Source of the DNA: a virus
DNA length: 44,680 nucleotides
Virus genome (UHGV): UHGV-0024713
Direction: 5' to 3' (one strand)
A program made the translations under genes and the position numbers. The notes under the pieces are model-generated. The model was not told the DNA's origin, did no database searches, and worked only from the letters and a program-made list of their open reading frames with translations. Below are positions 43,926 through 44,680 of this stretch, in pieces (positions within the stretch are counted from its first letter, which is position 1; each line of letters starts with the position of its first letter).

Positions 43926-44441
43926 TTAATCTTCCAGTTCGAAATAAGTTTCGACGATTTCTTTAAGATCTTTGTGGAAGTCTTCGACGTCTTCATCTTC
44001 CAGCTTGGCGATTGATTTGATCTCGAACGATTCCAGCAGGTCGTCAAATTCGTCGTTCGCGTCGTCGTCGTCACCACCGGCAATAATAGCGGCATATTGT
44101 TTGATTTCGTCGCGCATCTCCGCCAGCGGATCGGCATCTTTCTTGCCTTTGCCTTTCGCCGGGGCTTTTTTAGATTTAGCCGGTTTTTCGTCTTCGGCAT
44201 CATCGTCGTCATCTTCTACGACTTCTTTTTTGGCCTTACCTTTCGCAGGGGCTTTTTTAGATTTAGCCGGTTTTTCGTCTTCGGCGTCATCGTCGTCATC
44301 TTCTACGACTTCTTTCTTGGCCTTAGACGGCTTCTTGTCTTCCTGCTTACCAACGGCAGCGCCAACGGTTTCATAATGCTTAGCGATGGTTTCCAGTGCT
44401 ACTACGCCGCGAGTAATCAGGTTTACGATTTGTTCAAACAT
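43926..44441 (-). CDS. Highly charged tandem-repeat protein (171 aa) with alternating poly-Asp/Glu and Lys/Ala-rich blocks
   Basis: Two near-perfect 28-aa repeats KKEVVEDDDDDAEDEKPAKSKKAPAKGK; GGAGA RBS; own terminator. Confidence 0.65.
   Translation of the reverse strand: MFEQIVNLITRGVVALETIAKHYETVGAAVGKQEDKKPSKAKKEVVEDDDDDAEDEKPAKSKKAPAKGKAKKEVVEDDDDDAEDEKPAKSKKAPAKGKGKKDADPLAEMRDEIKQYAAIIAGGDDDDANDEFDDLLESFEIKSIAKLEDEDVEDFHKDLKEIVETYFELED
44150..44320 (-). repeat. 84-bp tandem duplication (2 copies) inside the charged-repeat gene
   Basis: ...cgccggggcttttttagatttagccggtttttcgtcttcggcatcatcgtcgtcatcttctacgacttc... repeated with 2-3 substitutions. Confidence 0.7.
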
Positions 44442-44646
44442 GTTTTATATCTCCGATTGGTTAAGTTTAGGTGTCGGCAGTTAACTTCGTCGGTGGCCTT
44501 AACATATTGCCAGGTTACGCGTTCTCCCGTTCGGGTAGTGGACCTGGTTATATAATCACGGTTGGGAATCCTGACACTTCGATCCGGCCCCTGCGTTGCC
44601 CCTCTCCAGTTTGCGTCCTGCATCCTGTCGACGAGGTGCATATTAG

Positions 44647-44656
44647 ATTGGTTGCA
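44647..44656 (+). promoter_or_regulatory. Motif copy ATTGGTTGCA near the window end
   Basis: Exact 10-mer; a variant GATTGGTTAAG also at about 44454-44464. Confidence 0.35.
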
Positions 44657-44680
44657 TGAGGGAGTCAACAACTAATTTCA

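Noticed and set aside
1-44680. tRNA, rRNA, integrase, repressor and attachment-site features
   Set aside because: No tRNA-like T-loop/acceptor arrangement, no tyrosine or serine recombinase motifs and no CI-like repressor were recognisable by eye; absence is stated, not proven (tRNAscan and HMM searches would be decisive).

Overview
This window reads as most of a tailed dsDNA phage genome, siphovirus-type with a lambda-syntenic tail module. All calls come from reading the supplied sequence and ORF track by eye; nothing was searched or computed, so product names rest on motifs and gene order. Left to right: an HTH protein and a primase-polymerase/helicase fusion (166-2770); a 477-bp non-coding hub with octamer iterons and a long stem-loop (2771-3247); small early genes (3248-4989); a lysis cassette (5043-6231); packaging, head and tail genes on the + strand (7913-29009, order TerS, TerL, portal, head morphogenesis, scaffold, capsid, tail completion, major tail, G/T chaperone with -1 frameshift, tape measure, M, L, K, I, J); a receptor-binding region (29038-32015); then a long minus-strand DNA-metabolism operon (32053-43877) with HAD phosphatase, Dam-like and C5-like methyltransferases, SNF2 helicase, VRR-NUC, family-A DNA polymerase, SSB-like protein and a Cas4-like nuclease. 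No integrase, repressor, tRNA, rRNA or CRISPR array was seen. The strongest leads are: the iteron plus stem-loop element present twice about 17 kb apart; a 10-bp ATTGGTTGC(R) motif recurring at about 11 intergenic loci; two antisense cassettes inside the structural module (12917-14131 and 29038-30227); and two proteins with alternating poly-acidic/poly-basic tandem repeats. Coordinates for features absent from the ORF track were indexed by eye and may be off by 1-2 nt.
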